From positions 43,259 through 107,258 of the forward strand of contig DASZOV010000004.1 of assembly GCA_035550595.1 (NCBI GenBank): a stretch of 64,000 bases of DNA, read 5' to 3'. Origin of the DNA: Vicinamibacterales bacterium (lineage in GTDB: Bacteria > Acidobacteriota > Vicinamibacteria > Vicinamibacterales > SCN-69-37). Below, piece by piece: positions 61,565 to 64,000 of the stretch. Under the pieces are notes generated by a model. That model saw only the letters and a list, made by a program, of their open reading frames with translations, had not been told where the DNA came from and made no database searches. Each line of letters begins with the position of its first letter. The first letter of the stretch is position 1. The position numbers and the translations under genes are program-made.

Positions 61565-61950
61565 GTTTCTGGCCTCCATCCCCTGACACACGACGAACAG
61601 GACCACGTCAGGACCCGGCCGCGGGCACCAGACGCCTGTCGTTTTCGGTGCTCGACACGCGATCTGCCGCCCGCGGTCGCGGTGGCCGCAGCCACCGCCC
61701 CGGACACGACGTCATCCTGGCTAGCTATCCCGGGCACAGTAACGGGCAGGGGGAGATGTAGCCATACCTGAGAGTCAGTATTGTCATGTCAGAAAAGGAT
61801 GTATTTTCAGGTCTTCACAGGCCCCCTGTCGGCCAGGCCACGGCCCATGGCGCCTGCCATTTTTCGTCAAATTTCGAGCATTTTCGAGAAAACAAGCATG
61901 GACGGGACAGGAAACGGGCGCTGGGGAGGCGGCAGGGGACAGGGCCAAAG

Positions 61951-62045
61951 AAAAGATGGCACCGCGAGCCCCCGAGCGGAGCGAGGGCGGCGAAGCGCGT
62001 AGCGCGGGGGGGCCTGCGCCACTGCAAAGAAGATGACTGGCCCTG
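61951..62045 (+). repeat. REP-like ~90-nt element, copy D
   Basis: AAAAGATGGCACCGCGAGCCCCCGAGCGGAGCGAGGGCGGCGAAGCGCGTAGCGCGGGGGGGCCTGCGCCACTGCAAAGAAGATGACTGGCCCT. Confidence 0.85.
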
Positions 62046-62123
62046 CCGCCTAGACCTAGCTGCGCCGAAGAGAGCCGACAGGCCCCCAAGCCTTGCTAAA
62101 AAGATGACGGGCGAGCGACGGCT

Positions 62124-62774
62124 CTACGAGATCACGCCGCGGCGGACGGCGTACAGGACGAGCTCCGCCGTATTGTGCACGTCCAGCTTCTGCAGGATGT
62201 GCGCGCGGTGCGTCTCGACTGTGGCAGGGCTGAGGCAGAGCAGGTCGGCCACTTCCTTATTACTGCGGCCCTCGGCGACGAGCTGCAGGACCTCTCGCTC
62301 GCGTTCCGACAGGGAGTCGTATCGATCGGCCACGCCCTTCTCCGTGAGGTGGCGGACGTAGTCGTCCAGCACGACCGTGGCCACCGACGGGCTGAAAAAG
62401 GACTTGTCGGATGCAACGGCCGTCACGGCATGGACGAGGTCCACGTCGGCCGATTCCTTGAGCAGGTAGCCGCGGGCGCCGGCCTGCAGGGCCTGGACGA
62501 TGTACGCCTCGTCGGTGTGCATGCTGAGGATCAGCACGCGGATGTTCGGCGCGCGCCGCACGATCTGCCGCGTGGCCTCGATGCCGTTGAGCAACGGCAT
62601 GCCGATGTCGAGGATCGCCACGTCCGGCTGCAGCTCGAGTGCCTTGCGCACGGCTTCGCGTCCGTCGCACGCCTCGTCGACCACCGTCCAGGTCTGGCGC
62701 TCTTCGAGGATCTTGCGGATACCCTGCCGAACGAGGGTGTGGTCGTCTCCGAGCAGAATCGATAGTTTGGCCAT
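62124..62774 (-). CDS. NarL/FixJ-family response regulator (receiver + LuxR-type HTH)
   Basis: MAKLSILLGDDHTLVRQGIRKILEE...DVAILDIGMPLLNG...SEREREVLQLVAEGRSNKEVADLLCLSPATVETHRAHILQKL. Confidence 0.9.
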   Translation of the reverse strand: MAKLSILLGDDHTLVRQGIRKILEERQTWTVVDEACDGREAVRKALELQPDVAILDIGMPLLNGIEATRQIVRRAPNIRVLILSMHTDEAYIVQALQAGARGYLLKESADVDLVHAVTAVASDKSFFSPSVATVVLDDYVRHLTEKGVADRYDSLSEREREVLQLVAEGRSNKEVADLLCLSPATVETHRAHILQKLDVHNTAELVLYAVRRGVIS

Positions 62775-62782
62775 ACGAGAAA

Positions 62783-62822
62783 GTTAGAAGTTCGAAGCCA
62801 GAAGCCAGAAGCCAGAAGTTCG
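62783..62822. repeat. GCCAGAA x3 flanked by AGTTCGAA palindromes in the kinase-regulator spacer
   Basis: AGAAGTTCGAAGCCAGAAGCCAGAAGCCAGAAGTTCGAACT fills the 50-nt gap between the HK stop (62825) and the RR start (62774). Confidence 0.8.
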
Positions 62823-62824
62823 AA

Positions 62825-64000
62825 CTACGCCAGCTCTTCCGGGACGCGTTGAACGGCGGGCGCCGAAGCCGCAAGAGGCGGCGGCACGGAGGCCCCGACC
62901 ACCGGCTCGACGAACGGCTCGCGCGCGGGCAGATCCGCCACGATGTTCGTCCCCCGGCCTGGCTGACTCGTCACGTACATCCCCCCGCCCAATTGCGCGG
63001 CGCGTTCACGCATGCTCACCAGACCCAGCCCGCTGCCCATCGAGAAGCGTCCCGTCCCGATCACGTTGAAGCCCACGCCGTCGTCAGCGATCGAGACGAT
63101 GAGGCGGGTGCCTTGACGGACGAGGCTGACACGGCACGACGCCGCGCGTGCGTGCTTGGCAACATTCGTCAGCGCTTCCTGCACGATCCGGTACGCCGCG
63201 ATCTCGACGTCGGGCGCGAGACGGTCGTCCATCTCTTCGGCGACGAACTCCACCGTGACACCGTGTCGCTTTTGAAATCCCTTGACGTACCGTTCGGTCG
63301 CCGCGAGAAGGCCGAGGTCGTCGAGTACGGACGGATGCAGCATGTGCGAGAGATCGCGGACCGCATGGAGCGCGCGGTCGACGATGGGCCGCGCGTCGTC
63401 GAGCACGTCCACGGGGCCGCCGTGGTCGTCGATCGCTCGCTGCGCCACGGCCAGTTCCACCTTGACGGCGGTGAGCATCTGGCCGATCTCGTCGTGCAGT
63501 TCGCGCGCGAGCGCGCGGCGTTCCTGCTCCTGCACCCGGATGAGTTTCGCCGACAGCCGCTGGAGATCGGCGCGCATGTTGACGTCGCGCACGTGCTGCT
63601 CGCCCACGCGCTGTTCGAGCCGGCCGGCGTAGAGGGCGGCGAGCAGGCCGATGCCGAAGCTCAATGCGAGCGACAGCCCGAACACCTGCCAGATCCGCGC
63701 CTGCGTCGACTCGTAAATGGTGTTGATGTCGGCTTGATGGTCGATGAAGATCGTCTGGTTGATCGCGCCGAGCTCGTCGGCCACCTTGACGATTTCGGCG
63801 CGCCTGGGCGTCAGTCGCTCACGCAGGACGCGCCCGGTGCGCATCCGCCAATCCGGCCCCGTGTCGGCCAGAAGGCCGGTCATGTCCTGGCGGAGCGCGT
63901 CGATCTCCTGACGCAGCCGTCCAACGCGCTGGCCGTCAGGTCCGTTCTCGCCCATCATCGGGGTGTACATGGCGAGATCTTCCGACGCGCGGTCGAGCGC
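62825..64000 (-). CDS. NarX-type sensor histidine kinase (HisKA_3 + HATPase), 5' end beyond right edge
   Basis: ORF 62825..63970, but the frame stays open to 64000 (ALDRASEDLA-MYTPMM...). HisKA_3 box RALARELHDEIGQMLTAVK; ATPase region ALTNVAKHARA...DDGVGF...GLGLVSMRERA. Confidence 0.8.
   Translation of the reverse strand, partial: ALDRASEDLAMYTPMMGENGPDGQRVGRLRQEIDALRQDMTGLLADTGPDWRMRTGRVLRERLTPRRAEIVKVADELGAINQTIFIDHQADINTIYESTQARIWQVFGLSLALSFGIGLLAALYAGRLEQRVGEQHVRDVNMRADLQRLSAKLIRVQEQERRALARELHDEIGQMLTAVKVELAVAQRAIDDHGGPVDVLDDARPIVDRALHAVRDLSHMLHPSVLDDLGLLAATERYVKGFQKRHGVTVEFVAEEMDDRLAPDVEIAAYRIVQEALTNVAKHARAASCRVSLVRQGTRLIVSIADDGVGFNVIGTGRFSMGSGLGLVSMRERAAQLGGGMYVTSQPGRGTNIVADLPAREPFVEPVVGASVPPPLAASAPAVQRVPEELA

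Overview
GC-rich (about two-thirds G+C by eye, not computed) 64-kb chromosomal segment with about 50 protein-coding genes. I found no rRNA, tRNA or CRISPR. The gene content suggests an Acidobacteriota-like genome (inference): three PadR + ADOP-type duplicated FtsX/MacB-like permease pairs, CarboxypepD_reg-type TonB-dependent receptors, a PVC-type heme-binding dehydrogenase and DUF1080. Left to right, first third: a fragment of a Tad/Flp pilus locus (cpaC-flp-cpaA), a LytS/LytTR pair, a soluble PQQ sugar dehydrogenase, porin + urtABCDE (four consecutive 4-nt start/stop overlaps), an SGNH hydrolase, LtrA, a GNAT, a B12-domain radical SAM enzyme, a secreted HExxH/TPR protein, and cupin-GH95-DUF488. 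Middle third: DUF1080 + cytochrome c-PQQ dehydrogenase, PadR-ADOP 1, two nucleotidyltransferase-fold two-gene cassettes flanking an aldose epimerase with an RGG-rich insertion, a giant heme-binding dehydrogenase/discoidin protein, GT2, a PAT-type GNAT, Doc/RHH, and PadR-ADOP 2. Last third: DUF1504, DUF4159, ychF, an aldo-keto reductase, PadR-ADOP 3, a small TA island (GNAT/DUF1778 and DUF6516/HTH), a tandem duplicated pair of ~1230-aa TonB-dependent receptors, and a NarL-type two-component pair that runs off the right edge. The most unusual signal I can see directly is non-coding. Almost every longer intergenic gap is filled by a mosaic of repeat families. These are a ~90-nt REP-like element with compensatory stem changes, ~105-nt hairpins with TTCGAA-heptad arms, CGCGAAG octamer arrays, a GAACC array and GCCAGAA repeats. 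They bracket TA cassettes and generate false ORFs. A second notable point is the tandem receptor duplication, whose 5' leaders keep hairpins through compensatory substitutions. All family names come from motif recognition by eye, and no searches were run. Many long ORFs in the track are antisense shadow ORFs of this GC-rich DNA and were discarded.
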